64,000 nucleotides of DNA from IMG/VR virus record IMGVR_UViG_3300031836_000002, positions 32,001 through 96,000 of that record; one strand, given 5' to 3'. Shown here in pieces: positions 10,197-20,716 of the stretch. The position numbers and the translations under genes are program-made. The notes beneath the pieces are model-generated. The model searched no databases. It saw only the letters and a program-made list of their open reading frames with translations, and had not been told where the DNA came from. Each line of letters starts with the position of its first letter. Position 1 is the stretch's first letter. The DNA is from a virus. Taxonomy: Duplodnaviria; Caudoviricetes.

Positions 10197-10682
10197 TCAC
10201 TGCTCACCACCACCCATAGCAGCTTCGAGGGCCGCCCTCATTACGTTGTAGGCGTTGTCCAAGCCACGCTTCATCGGGAACTCGCGAGATATCTCCAACC
10301 CTCGCTCAACCATCGCGTTCGTCACCTCTACCTGTACCGACTCAGCAGTGTCGAGAAGTGCCAACACCATCGAAGATGTCTCCACTGTCTTACCGCGGCG
10401 CGCGTAGTCGATTGCCCAGTTTGCCAGATGCTTCAAACCGTGCTTACGGTCATGCTCGGCGGTGTAGCCCTTATCAGGATGACGGGCGCGCTCAGCCGCC
10501 ACTTCCGCTGACCACTCCTCGACCGTAGGCTCAACCTTGCGGGATGCCTGCCACCTAACCGCACCATCCCACATCCAGTCAGCAAACGTACCGCCATACT
10601 CTGGGTCGCACCGAACTATATGCCACTCAGCTATCAGTTGGTCACGTGCATTTTCCTCGGAGCGTGCTTCGTTTTCACTCAC
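10197..10682 (-). CDS. mosaic protein (WQASRKVE, VQVEVT, GGGE modules)
   Basis: modules shared with neighbours. Confidence 0.65.
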   Translation of the reverse strand: MSENEARSEENARDQLIAEWHIVRCDPEYGGTFADWMWDGAVRWQASRKVEPTVEEWSAEVAAERARHPDKGYTAEHDRKHGLKHLANWAIDYARRGKTVETSSMVLALLDTAESVQVEVTNAMVERGLEISREFPMKRGLDNAYNVMRAALEAAMGGGEQ

Positions 10683-11124
10683 TATTATTTCCTTCCGTGA
10701 TCTCATCATGAGGTACCGGCTGCGTCACTTGAACATCACCAGTTCGATAAATCCCCGCGCGGCGCTTCAACATTGAAGCCCCTAGAACCCATGCTGCTCT
10801 GCTCTTTTTTGCGCCATAAGAGCCGTACTTTGCGCTCAGGTTGTCGAATTCGTTCTGCCAGTGTTCTGCCTCCGCTTCCAGTACTGCTGCGGCAAACTCC
10901 CCCCAGTTGGATTCGTCTATTCCTTCACCCATCCGCGCCGCCTGCTCCACCGTCTCGTCGGTGATCTCGACCTTGCGGGATGCCTGCCACTCAGATTCGA
11001 GACGCCAACCGCTCGCCATGAACACCTTGACATCTTCGGGGTGTACATTGAAGCGCTTCACCTCTTCATAGATCATGGCGACTCTCTCGGCTTCGTCGCG
11101 TGCTTCTTCGTCTGTAGTGCTCAT
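10675..11124 (-). CDS. mosaic protein (MSTTDE, WQASRKVEITDE)
   Basis: shared modules, GGAGAG RBS. Confidence 0.7.
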   Translation of the reverse strand: MSTTDEEARDEAERVAMIYEEVKRFNVHPEDVKVFMASGWRLESEWQASRKVEITDETVEQAARMGEGIDESNWGEFAAAVLEAEAEHWQNEFDNLSAKYGSYGAKKSRAAWVLGASMLKRRAGIYRTGDVQVTQPVPHDEITEGNNSE

Positions 11125-11202
11125 CGCGTCTCTCCTTTGGTAATTGGGTTGCCCAGCGCTATCGCCGCATTGTGCAAGTCTTCGATGCGTTCGCTTAGAG
11201 TC

Positions 11203-12543
11203 TCAACTCGCCTCTGATCTTGCCGTGATCTCTTTAGGCTTTCCTCCGCAGGTAGGGCAGTTGCTGTGGCACTCGGCTCCGTGGTCATGCCACCTGAAAC
11301 CACAAGCCCTGCTATGTGGCTCGCTCTCGAATTGAGCCGGTGGTTCAGGCTCTACCGGCTGCCACTCGCCTGCGCTGACCCGCTTGACGAACTGAATCAA
11401 AGGGTCCCCACGACGCCACTGCCTCTCAATGTGTTCGCGGTCGGTGCTGACTAGGTGCGCTCGATCATCGCGCCCGTATTCGCCAAACTCGGCATCCGGG
11501 TTGACCAGTCCGTACTCCCACCCTGCTTCGCCCTCTACCGAGGTGTCAACCGGATGTGTAACAGGGGGCCACTCACCGGCAGGGACGGCCTTGGTGCGGC
11601 GTTCGATATACCAGCCCAAGTCGATGATTGGGGAATCCTCCCATGCGGCTACGGGAGTACCGTCACTCCGAACACGGCGTGTTTCCCATTCAGGCTCAGC
11701 AACCACCTCTGGGTACGGGTTGGTTTCGCTCTTACGCCACGGACCCCCGTTGTGTTTATCGTTCCACCCGAACCTGTAGCCAGCACGCCACGCATTATGC
11801 GGCGAATCGGTAGTGCTCGCGCTATGCAGCGGATCAGTCGTTGGCAATTCCTCTACCGGGACAGCCGCAGGAGAGTTGGGGTCGCATATGTCTAGGTTCA
11901 CCCCTTTTGTGGGGTGATCGGTCATGCCAACATCCCAACCTTGACTGCCCAGATTGGCGAAAACTTCATCGAGAACAGCCTCGCGAATCTCTTGCTCCCG
12001 CTCTACCGGGACAGGGAGACGGAGACCCGCTTTCACTGCTGCCACAAGTCGCGGGATAAGGTCAAGCATTTGGGTTCGATCCTCGCCGTCGAAGCTCTCC
12101 GCCTCAGAAATTAGACACATCAGGTCTTCGTCATCGACGGACTCTGACCACATATCAACCTCAGCCGCAAGTGATCGCAACCGCTTCAGTTCATCAATAG
12201 CCGACGCGATGCTATCCGCAGGGAAATGGAACTCTTGCTGTCGCAATAACAACATCGCAGACACTAGACCTTGATATCGTTCGTTCTCGGTCGGTACGGT
12301 GACAGCCTCTGGGCATTCGTGAGCAGTCACCTTCTCTCCCTTGTCTATGGGGATTTGCTTTGGCTCAGGGGTTTTTCGGCTCTTAGGGACGAACTCCAAG
12401 CAGTCATCGAAGGTATTGGTGCCAGTGTCATCGAACAGGCAGGCACCATCAACAAGCCCATCGTCGTACCATGTGGTGCCGGAGACGTTGTGCTGGTTTC
12501 GTGGGTGGCCACATCCGGGCTGGTCACACATTGGCTGTGTCAT
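11203..12543 (-). CDS. long mosaic multi-module protein
   Basis: internal AHECP start module; repeated AGEW.PV and PVE motifs. Confidence 0.65.
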   Translation of the reverse strand: MTQPMCDQPGCGHPRNQHNVSGTTWYDDGLVDGACLFDDTGTNTFDDCLEFVPKSRKTPEPKQIPIDKGEKVTAHECPEAVTVPTENERYQGLVSAMLLLRQQEFHFPADSIASAIDELKRLRSLAAEVDMWSESVDDEDLMCLISEAESFDGEDRTQMLDLIPRLVAAVKAGLRLPVPVEREQEIREAVLDEVFANLGSQGWDVGMTDHPTKGVNLDICDPNSPAAVPVEELPTTDPLHSASTTDSPHNAWRAGYRFGWNDKHNGGPWRKSETNPYPEVVAEPEWETRRVRSDGTPVAAWEDSPIIDLGWYIERRTKAVPAGEWPPVTHPVDTSVEGEAGWEYGLVNPDAEFGEYGRDDRAHLVSTDREHIERQWRRGDPLIQFVKRVSAGEWQPVEPEPPAQFESEPHSRACGFRWHDHGAECHSNCPTCGGKPKEITARSEAS

Positions 12544-12544
12544 T

Positions 12545-13129
12545 TCAAGCTCCTGCCTGTACATCGTTGGTCGTGAGCCACTCAAGGACTGTGTGTTGGC
12601 TAACAAGGTGACCAGCCCACGCGTCTACTCCCACGTGGAGCATGCTGCTGTGGCCTGTTTCCTTGCCGTGCGTGTGGCCATGAAGAAGAGGCATTCCATG
12701 GTCAGGCAAGCGGTACTGGTTGTACCGTGATCCCGGTCGAGCGGGACCATCTCCCCACGCCTCATACGGGAAGTGGGAGAGAAGGAACTCGATTCCATCC
12801 AACGAGTGAAGTGCAAAGGGCTGAATGGTGTCAAAGACTTCCAGCCAGTCCGTCATGTGTACCACCGCGGTGTTGTGCATTGGGTGAACCGGGTCATGGT
12901 TTCCAGAGATCAAATGCTTCGTCCCCGTGCGCTGAGCTACCCATTCCAAGACGGATGGACCCTTCTTAGCTGAGACATCTCCGAGAAGGAACACTACGTC
13001 GTCCTCTCCCACAACGGAGTCCCACTGGTGAGCTAGGTGATCATCGTGCTCTTCAACGCTTCCGAACCCTCGGCGCTTGGCCACGTTCGACTGCTTGATG
13101 TGTTGATCTGATGTGTAGAAAATAGTCAT
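12545..13129 (-). CDS. calcineurin-like metallophosphoesterase
   Basis: SDQH, LGD, GNHD, SHFP, HGHTH motifs. Confidence 0.85.
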   Translation of the reverse strand: MTIFYTSDQHIKQSNVAKRRGFGSVEEHDDHLAHQWDSVVGEDDVVFLLGDVSAKKGPSVLEWVAQRTGTKHLISGNHDPVHPMHNTAVVHMTDWLEVFDTIQPFALHSLDGIEFLLSHFPYEAWGDGPARPGSRYNQYRLPDHGMPLLHGHTHGKETGHSSMLHVGVDAWAGHLVSQHTVLEWLTTNDVQAGA

Positions 13130-13939
13130 CTCAGGATCCTGCCTGTAGGTCCTTGGTAGCTGCTTCATGCAGCACCTTATTGCGCACGAGGGCGTCTTCG
13201 TTGGTCATGGGGTTTCCCACCAGCCACTCATCGAACAAAAGATCAGAGTCCGAGAAGCAGATCCAGAAGTCGTAGAGCTGGTCGATACCATTAGCCTCAC
13301 GATACTTCCGTTCTGTCTCTTCCTTTGCGAGTCGTCTCTCCTGATCCTGTAGGCGATCCAAGTGGATCTCGGCCTGCTTCTCAGTCAAGTGAGATGTCTG
13401 CACCCACGCCTCGAATGCCTTCTCCTTGAAGTGGATTTCCCAGAGCCTACGAAGGGATGTGTCAGACATCTCGGACTTCCTTTTCAGGGGATAGGCACGT
13501 GGCATTGAGGTATTCCCAAATGCACTGTGGTTCTGGATGAGGGTAGCCATATCCTGAATACTCCGAAGAGAACCAGTCGTCTCGGCGCGCTCCGTACCAG
13601 TTGTCGTAGTACTCGGTGTAGGTAGCCCACTCCGGGGACTCCCCACAGTAAATGCACTGTCGAGTATTGATCTCCAGCTGGTGGAAGGGGAGGTCCGCGT
13701 ACTCGGCCCCACGCAGTTCGCTTTCAATGGGGGCGTCGAATATGTGGCGGGTGTTGAGTGTCTGTGTCATGGTGTCTCCTCTATGGCAGGCGGGTCAGCT
13801 GTTCAGCTACCCAGATCTGAAATTCGGGCCTCATGGCCGCGTTGTAGGCGTCACGTTGAGCGATTGCCTCTTCTTCCGTGGGGTGGAAGTTGATGGAGGG
13901 GAAGTCTGCTGGCATCGTGCTTCGAACAATGAATCCCAT

Positions 13940-14004
13940 GAGAACTCCTTCGCTTGGTTGACCTTACATTTAGACTCTACACACCATAGGTTGCAATTGC
14001 AACC
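13940..14004 (-). promoter_or_regulatory. repeated promoter-RBS module
   Basis: TTGCAATTGCAA, TG-n-TAGAGT, TAAGGTCAA, AGGAG. Confidence 0.8.
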
Positions 14005-14796
14005 TCTACGCCTTTACTGATCTCTCCGCATGGCTGCTTTGATCTCGTCGTAGTACCACACGTCACGAGTGCACCTTCACTGGATTTCGTATGTCAGGAG
14101 AAGCTCCTAGCGGGGACTCCAAGGCGCTTGCGAAGCTTATCGAGGTGATTCATCACATCTCGGTACGAAATAGGAGTTCCGTAGAGCTGATCTCCAAAGT
14201 GGTCCTCCATCTTCGCGATCTCGTCCGAAATCTTCTTTTCCATGTCCTTGAGGTGCTTCGCGTAGACAGCATCTCCAATGAGCTGGGCGTCTTCCCAGTA
14301 GATATTTCCGTGGAGGTTCCCGCGCTTCAACCAGATGGTGTCATGGACGGAGTAGCGGATTTGGTCGTCAGTCTGAGTTGTCATAGTAGCTCCTTTTCAG
14401 AAACGAAGGTTAGGGTCGTTGGAGAACCCATCTTTGAATTGGGTGTTGATGTAGCCGAGGCGGTCATTGACCACGAGGACTCGATCATCCTCGTGATTGT
14501 CGGTGGACTCGCGGGCGAAGATGAAAGCATCATCAGGATTGGCGAAGCGAGCTACGACGGATCCATCCTTGAGGTCTGTGACCGTGATCCGGAGCCTTGC
14601 TGCCCTAGCCACGAGTGATCATCGAATTCTGGATCGTCTGAGCTGCGTCGATGGCCGCGGCCTCAGTAGTGGCGGGCTTTGCGTCGATGGGATTCTTGCC
14701 GATCAGGAAAATCGTTCCTGCGGTGTCAGTAACGTGCCAGAAACCTCCAGCATCGAAAGCGGTCCAGTTCTGGGTGGGGGCTGTTGCAGTTGCCAT

Positions 14797-14857
14797 GTTG
14801 TCTCCTCTGGTTGACCTTACGTTTTGAGCTTACGTCATTGAGAAGTCAAATGCAACC
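14797..14857 (-). promoter_or_regulatory. repeated promoter-RBS module
   Basis: TTGCAT-17-TAAGCT, TAAGGTCAA, GAGGAGAC. Confidence 0.8.
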
Positions 14858-15313
14858 TAAGCCGAAAACACTCGGTACAGGACGTAGACGATGGCGGGTG
14901 TGCACAAGAGAAGGATCAAGTGTGGGAGGTACCACACGCTGCTTCGTGGGGAATGCCAGAAGGTCATGTGATCGAGTCCTTCCCACTTCAATAGGGCTTT
15001 CAGCTTGTCGTGTTCTTTCGCAGGAGAGCCAAAACGCTCCGGCATGGTGATGATCACGAACTTGGCACACGTGCAGCGCATGGTTCCCACGGCTCGATTG
15101 ATGTTCGGATTGTAGCCGTACTCGTAGCTGACGCTATGTGTGCCTGTGAGGGACCTCCACCAGCGAACCAAAAGCTTCTTTGCAACCTTCACTGGTTCTT
15201 CTCCCAGACTTCGTAAGCCTTAGCGAACATCGTCGTGTCCTCTTCGCCATGGTCGATCATGTCATCAAGGTACTCGTTCAGCTCAGCTTGTGACATCAGC
15301 TCTGGGTCCTTCT

Positions 15314-15778
15314 TCACTGAGCACACCGCCCGCGGCCTTCACACTCTCGGTCGTATTCGTGCATTTCCTCCAAGGCTGTGTTCAAGTCACCCTGAGCGGC
15401 CCTGACGGCTCGCTCCAGTCCTCTGCGGGTCCAGTCGTCACCTTCCTCCACAATGGCTCCGGCAACAACGATTCTGTACGTTCTTGCCTTCTGGTCGAGA
15501 ACAAGAATTTGGTTGTCGTCGTTGAGGGTAGCTTTGATCCCCAGAAGGAATCCCCACGCCAGTGCTACACCTTCTGCGAACGATTCAGCGGAGGAGATCT
15601 TATTGTCTGTTTTGAGGTCGACAACATGGACAAAAACTCGGTCGGCGTCGATGGCACGCAACTCTTGAGTGAGTGGGTAGACGATCTCCTTGACCTCCGC
15701 GGCGGCATACCTCTTTCCGATGGGTTCGTTGAGTATGCGTTCCAGTGCGGTATCAATTAGCTTCGACCGGTCGGTCAT
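15314..15778 (-). CDS. hypothetical protein
   Basis: GGAGACACC RBS. Confidence 0.65.
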   Translation of the reverse strand: MTDRSKLIDTALERILNEPIGKRYAAAEVKEIVYPLTQELRAIDADRVFVHVVDLKTDNKISSAESFAEGVALAWGFLLGIKATLNDDNQILVLDQKARTYRIVVAGAIVEEGDDWTRRGLERAVRAAQGDLNTALEEMHEYDRECEGRGRCAQ

Positions 15779-16323
15779 GGTGTCTCCTTGATAATGGCTT
15801 GTGCTAGCTCTACAGCCTGTGCGAATGCGGCAGGCTCATCGTGCGATCCTTCAGCGTCTCCGAGAGCACTCTTCAGGATGGCTATCTGTGCTTCGATGGT
15901 GCGGTGCAGTGCGACAATCAGCTTGCCGTCCTCGGCTGACCACAGCCCTCCGAATTTGGGGGTGGCTCCAACTACCTCGGAGCCGGGAACCTCTCCGTAG
16001 ATGGCGTGTGTGACGTGCTGGCCATAGGTGAGACGCCACGGTCCCGGAGTCGTAACACTCTTCATGGCCACAAGCGTCGCGAGCGCTCTGACCAGAACGC
16101 GGGTGTCTTCTTCGTTCTTAATCATGGCCTCGGCGTTCTCCTTGTTGACGAATTGGTGGAAGCTACGCATGAATGCTCGGTGGGAGATCCACAGGTAGGG
16201 GTTGGCAGGGGAGAAGCACGAGGATGCGGCGCGTGTGGCGGGAACCTCACGAGACCCTAATAGTGCCCACGTGTTTCCCAGCTCGATTCCATCTCGGATC
16301 CTGCGTGCGGTGTCTGTCTTCAC
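15775..16323 (-). CDS. hypothetical protein (TPGPW motif)
   Basis: tiled ORF. Confidence 0.6.
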   Translation of the reverse strand: MKTDTARRIRDGIELGNTWALLGSREVPATRAASSCFSPANPYLWISHRAFMRSFHQFVNKENAEAMIKNEEDTRVLVRALATLVAMKSVTTPGPWRLTYGQHVTHAIYGEVPGSEVVGATPKFGGLWSAEDGKLIVALHRTIEAQIAILKSALGDAEGSHDEPAAFAQAVELAQAIIKETP

Positions 16324-16501
16324 GACAATCCCCTCAGCCGGGTTTCTACGGCTTCCCAGAACGTGTCTGAGCCGATCTCGTCAACACGCATGCTGACTTC
16401 GAATTCGTTGGTCTCGGCGGCGATAGCGAGGTTCGTAAATAGCCATCCGTGCAACTCCTTGATTTTCAGAGCCTTGGGAGACTCGGCCAGCTCCAGTTCG
16501 C

Positions 16502-17314
16502 TCACAGTTCCACCAGATCCAGTAGATGGCGCGGAACATGAATAGGCTCAGGCCAGACAATCGTGGCGTTGCGAGCAAGGTCGAGAGGCTGGTACTTGGT
16601 AACGGAGACGCGGCGGAATTTTGCACCCTTGCGATACGTGATACGTGCCATGCCGAGGCCATTGTCTGCGGAGATTGCTGTCTCTTCTCGCATCTCCAGA
16701 ACCTGACCGACAACGTTCTTCGGCGTCTTCCTCTTCTTCGGTGTCTTCCGCTTCGTCGGCGCACTGTCTGACTCTGGGTTCTTCTCTGGGGTCAGACCCT
16801 TTGAGTCGATCTTCAGGAAACCGCCATACACGCTAGTGGCGTGGGTAGCGATACTGAGCGGATGGTACATACCGTTGCCCAGAGAATGGAAGCGCGCTCC
16901 TGCGTTGTAGCTGATGACTGCATAGGAGTAGTCGTCATCCGGGGAGGTCGGAATCTCGAACCGCTGATCGTGGGTCAGTATGAACACGCGGCCTACCGGA
17001 TCGGGCAGTAGAAGAGTCTTCGGGATTATGATCGTGCGCTCGTACATCTCCGTAGCCTTTTCAGCGAGGTCGAGTGCCTTGTAGCCTTTCGAGTTACCTC
17101 GGCGCTCGAACCGTGCTCCACCGGGGTACACGATGAGCGTGCCATCATTCGAGGGGAGATTGAATGCGGTCCTATTGATCAGGACGTAGGTACCGGGCCT
17201 CAAAGGAGCTGTAAGGAGTTCCTGTAGCTTGGCTTCGTCCTCCATCTGGTTCATGAGGTCGCGGTGCTCTCGGCGGTCTTGTGCAAGAGAGTTCGCGGGT
17301 GCTGAGGGCGTCAT
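16502..17314 (-). CDS. protein with three internal GA(R/K)F repeats
   Basis: GGAGACACC RBS; threefold repeat visible in protein. Confidence 0.7.
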   Translation of the reverse strand: MTPSAPANSLAQDRREHRDLMNQMEDEAKLQELLTAPLRPGTYVLINRTAFNLPSNDGTLIVYPGGARFERRGNSKGYKALDLAEKATEMYERTIIIPKTLLLPDPVGRVFILTHDQRFEIPTSPDDDYSYAVISYNAGARFHSLGNGMYHPLSIATHATSVYGGFLKIDSKGLTPEKNPESDSAPTKRKTPKKRKTPKNVVGQVLEMREETAISADNGLGMARITYRKGAKFRRVSVTKYQPLDLARNATIVWPEPIHVPRHLLDLVEL

Positions 17315-17408
17315 GGTGTCTCCTTTTTTGTTGAGCCTTCCATAGGTTGTACGCCGGTAACGTCGAGTTGACCATCGTCGGTCAGGATGTCCGACTCGTT
17401 GAAGGTCT

Positions 17409-17924
17409 TCATGATTCCCTCCGCATAGGCTCTGCACGGAAAGACTTGATGGCGGTGTGTACGCAAGCATCTGGGCCTGCGCCCACCAACCAACTCTCGA
17501 ATTCTTGTTCGTGGTCGAACTTCTCTGTGGAGTTCGCGAAGGTGTGGTCGTTCCACAGGAAGCGCATTTGGTCGATGAACTTCTGTGGTGGTAGAGGGTC
17601 CGGCGTGAACAGGGCCAGCTTGGTGAGCGCCATGTGCTTCTCGTTGTTCAGCCGTGCGGTAACTAACTGCACCCCGCCATACCGGGGTCCAATCAACACC
17701 CGCGTGCCCATGAATGTCTCTAGGTGGCGCATGTTCGGGGACCCTGCCACATACCGAATGGTGGTCTCGTCATCCTCCACGGTGTACCCAGACTGGTACA
17801 TCTTGCCTGCGAACTTAAACTCGATCACAGGCTTCTGGATGTCTCCCTTGGCAGCCTTCAAGGCCTCCACGAGGATCGGAACAGCTGCAATGATGGCGTC
17901 TTGGCCAACAAATTCTTGTTTCAT
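17409..17924 (-). CDS. hypothetical protein, paralog of 19012-19299
   Basis: FVG.D.II...IEF...GTRVL shared. Confidence 0.7.
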   Translation of the reverse strand: MKQEFVGQDAIIAAVPILVEALKAAKGDIQKPVIEFKFAGKMYQSGYTVEDDETTIRYVAGSPNMRHLETFMGTRVLIGPRYGGVQLVTARLNNEKHMALTKLALFTPDPLPPQKFIDQMRFLWNDHTFANSTEKFDHEQEFESWLVGAGPDACVHTAIKSFRAEPMRRES

Positions 17925-18200
17925 GGTGTCTCCTAGTCGCGAGCTTCTCGTTGGCGCTGAGCTTCTTTGTACTCGTGCTCTCCGGGGGGTGTGGGGAAGG
18001 GAACAGGGGGAGTGTACTTGTAGTCCGTGGAGTGGTCCCGAACGAATTCCACCAGCATCTCGTCATAGGTGCCGAATAGCTCCTTGAGAGCTTCGTACTC
18101 TGCGGCAGTCACCCCACAAATTCGGAGGGTGTGGAAGGTACGCCACGGCACAGGGCCATAGGCTTCTGTTTCGAATAGTCGAGTCATGGCTTCACCATAG

Positions 18201-18842
18201 TCATCGAATGAGATTCGGCTGTAGCAGGTATTCGAGTGAGTTCTCGCCCTCACTACGAGTGAACATGAGTGGACTGTTCTTTCTCCCGTTATCCGAATTT
18301 TTGGTAGTCAATTCCCATGCCTGCACTTTGGCTTTAGCTGGGGTTTCTCCCGGCAGTCGAAGTAGGGCTAACGTTGCCAGTCTCCCAGCATCCAGTAGTA
18401 CGCCACTGTAGATGTCATCGTAACGATCTCCTTCCAGTAGACGTTCCACCGGGGGGTAGCTGCCAACTACGGAGTCAGCTAGCACCTTAGTTCCCGTGTG
18501 TGTCAATTCGATACTGATAGGTTCATATGTATCAGCTGTCTGGTGGATCTTGATTACTGGGGCGTCATCCATGCCCTTACCCATCATCTTGAGCGCTTGC
18601 TCTAGCACTGCTGGTCTTAGGATTAGAGGATCCCCTGCGATCTGGTACCCATCACTTGTATCAGCGGGGATTGTGAGACGCACGACACGAAATCTGTCTG
18701 TGGCCACCACCACGATGTTCTTGTGATCGAGTCGGATAGATAGCGCGTCGATCCCGTTGATCTTGGATGTGCCTGTGGATAGGACTTTAGCCGTACTCAG
18801 TATTGATGCTGCTTGACGGGGCGTTACGAGAATGGTTGTCAT
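18201..18842 (-). CDS. DNA polymerase III beta-clamp-like partial protein
   Basis: VATDRFR and YPPVERLL resemble DnaN middle-domain motifs. Confidence 0.55.
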   Translation of the reverse strand: MTTILVTPRQAASILSTAKVLSTGTSKINGIDALSIRLDHKNIVVVATDRFRVVRLTIPADTSDGYQIAGDPLILRPAVLEQALKMMGKGMDDAPVIKIHQTADTYEPISIELTHTGTKVLADSVVGSYPPVERLLEGDRYDDIYSGVLLDAGRLATLALLRLPGETPAKAKVQAWELTTKNSDNGRKNSPLMFTRSEGENSLEYLLQPNLIR

Positions 18843-19011
18843 GATGTCTCCTCAGACTTGGCTTGGATTGCCCTGACAGGCTCTCCGGGGTACTGATCGC
18901 TGAAGTCCCGGTCTGTGATTTCTTGGTCGTCGTCCTCTGCCATCTGGCGGAGTTCTTGGCGGCGGAAGAATGCGGCGTCTGCTTCGATGAGTTGAGTATT
19001 CATGGTGTCTC

Positions 19012-19299
19012 CTAGTCCTGTGTGATCAAGGTGATTGAGGTCAGGGTGGCAGGCGTCAGGTTGTTGTACTGATCTCCGACCAATACGCGGGTGCCTATAC
19101 GATCCACCAGTGGTTGAACCGAACCATTCAGGTACAGGGCCAGTGTCTGGCCTTCATCAACGACACGGTAGGTCGAGACATAGATGTCACCATTGATGAC
19201 GAACTCGATACGGGGGCGTCGGCCTTCTGTTTCGTTCGCGGCAGCGAGAGTGGGTAGCGCTCCAATGATCTGGTCGCGTCCGACGAATGTCTGTTCCAT
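19012..19299 (-). CDS. hypothetical protein, paralog of 17409-17924
   Basis: downstream of promoter module. Confidence 0.7.
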   Translation of the reverse strand: MEQTFVGRDQIIGALPTLAAANETEGRRPRIEFVINGDIYVSTYRVVDEGQTLALYLNGSVQPLVDRIGTRVLVGDQYNNLTPATLTSITLITQD

Positions 19300-19358
19300 A
19301 GTGTCTCCTTCAGTTGACCTTACATCCTGAGCATAACACACTAGATTGCAATTGCAAT
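19300..19358 (-). promoter_or_regulatory. repeated promoter-RBS module
   Basis: TTGCAATTGCAA, TG-n-TATGCT, TAAGGTCAA, GGAGACAC. Confidence 0.8.
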
Positions 19359-19360
19359 AC

Positions 19361-19762
19361 CTAGAGCCAGAACTGCCCTCTCCCGCTCTCCTCCTCTATT
19401 TCTCCAGTCGCACTACAGCGTGAGCAGAGCAGAATGCGATCCGCTTCTACCGATGTCCCTTGACCAGCACAGTCGGGACAGTCCACTCTCTCTGGGCCAC
19501 ATTCTTTGCAGTTAGCTTCATGGTCAGCCCACCCTTCGGGGTCGGTATACCAGCGGGTTGAGTCGTGCTCATTCCACAGGTGGCGCGGATTGATTTCAGA
19601 CTTTGCGTAGTTGTCGCAGCAGCCCTCCGCTCCTATAGGTGCGCTCCTGCCGAAAGGATTCATGCCTGTGCCATGCTCGGGGCAAGGAATGCGTGTCCAA
19701 CACTTCGAAGTACACGTCATTGGTTTGCCCTCGCGAATAGGGTCGTCATGCACTCCCCACAC
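19361..19762 (-). CDS. Cys/His-rich protein, paralog of 34885-35133, with C-terminal Zn finger
   Basis: RHLW..HDSTR.YTDPEGW shared; start uncertain. Confidence 0.65.
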   Translation of the reverse strand: MWGVHDDPIREGKPMTCTSKCWTRIPCPEHGTGMNPFGRSAPIGAEGCCDNYAKSEINPRHLWNEHDSTRWYTDPEGWADHEANCKECGPERVDCPDCAGQGTSVEADRILLCSRCSATGEIEEESGRGQFWL

Positions 19763-19871
19763 AACTCACCATCATCGCCACTGTACCAACCCGGAGCCTG
19801 CCCTGTGAGTAGCTGAATCGGGTTGTAGTCAGGCTCGTCAGATTTACGCTCGCGGCCACACTCGTCACAGC

Positions 19872-20165
19872 TCATGGCGTCTCTCCTTCGTTCGGTTGTG
19901 CGCGGACAGCGGCGGCAGCCCAGTTGCCATACTGATACCACTCGGCCTCCAGCGGTGTCGATGTTCCGATGGGCTTGATGCCCTCTGACAAGTCGCTCTC
20001 GCGTTGCGCCTTGGCGGTTTCGGTGGCGACTACAAGGATCCACTGCGCATCCTTCTCGATCTGATCAGCACGTATCTCGGCATCATGGGTGATAAGCCAA
20101 CGGTCAAACATGCGAAGCAGGTCGCCCGAAAGCCAGTTGCGGATGTCGTCTCGCTCGTCACTCAT
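19872..20165 (-). CDS. mosaic protein (FDRWL..HDAE.RAD)
   Basis: module shared with 21908-22426. Confidence 0.65.
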   Translation of the reverse strand: MSDERDDIRNWLSGDLLRMFDRWLITHDAEIRADQIEKDAQWILVVATETAKAQRESDLSEGIKPIGTSTPLEAEWYQYGNWAAAAVRAQPNEGETP

Positions 20166-20556
20166 GGTCACCACCCAGAGCAACAGCCACTATATGCTCG
20201 GCGTGCTTCCTGTCAGTCCAACCCATCGGACACCATCCGCAACTGCATCTCCGGTTAGTCCAAGCATCTCCGACAATGACACGGTGCTTCAAAAGAGCCT
20301 CCACCATCTCGTCGGTGACCTCAACCCGTACCGGCTGAGGGGTTATGCGGAGGGCGTCGAGCACATTGTCGTACTCGGTAATCGTTTTCTCGTGGTAGTC
20401 GGCATCACCCGTGACTTCACCCCGCTTATCATCAGGGTGAGCGCGGAGCCAGTCACGCCATTCCACGTGCGTCTGGCGTGAGAACTCGATTGTCGCGATT
20501 GCCGACTTCGCCCTGTCGGAGGATTCGGTACGTGCGTCTTCGTCTGTGGTGCTCAC
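20158..20556 (-). CDS. mosaic protein (STTDE, TPQPV.VEVTDEM)
   Basis: shared modules. Confidence 0.65.
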   Translation of the reverse strand: MSTTDEDARTESSDRAKSAIATIEFSRQTHVEWRDWLRAHPDDKRGEVTGDADYHEKTITEYDNVLDALRITPQPVRVEVTDEMVEALLKHRVIVGDAWTNRRCSCGWCPMGWTDRKHAEHIVAVALGGDHE

Positions 20557-20716
20557 GGGGTTACTCCTGTCGTTGAATCGTGCGGTGCAAACGACGGGCA
20601 CGTGATAACCAACCTTGAATCTTGGGTAGTTATTTTGATGCTCTCGTCAGATGCTGGTTTCTGGCAGCAGAGAGATATATTCGACCCCTCCAAAAATAGG
20701 TGAACAACATTTTCGC

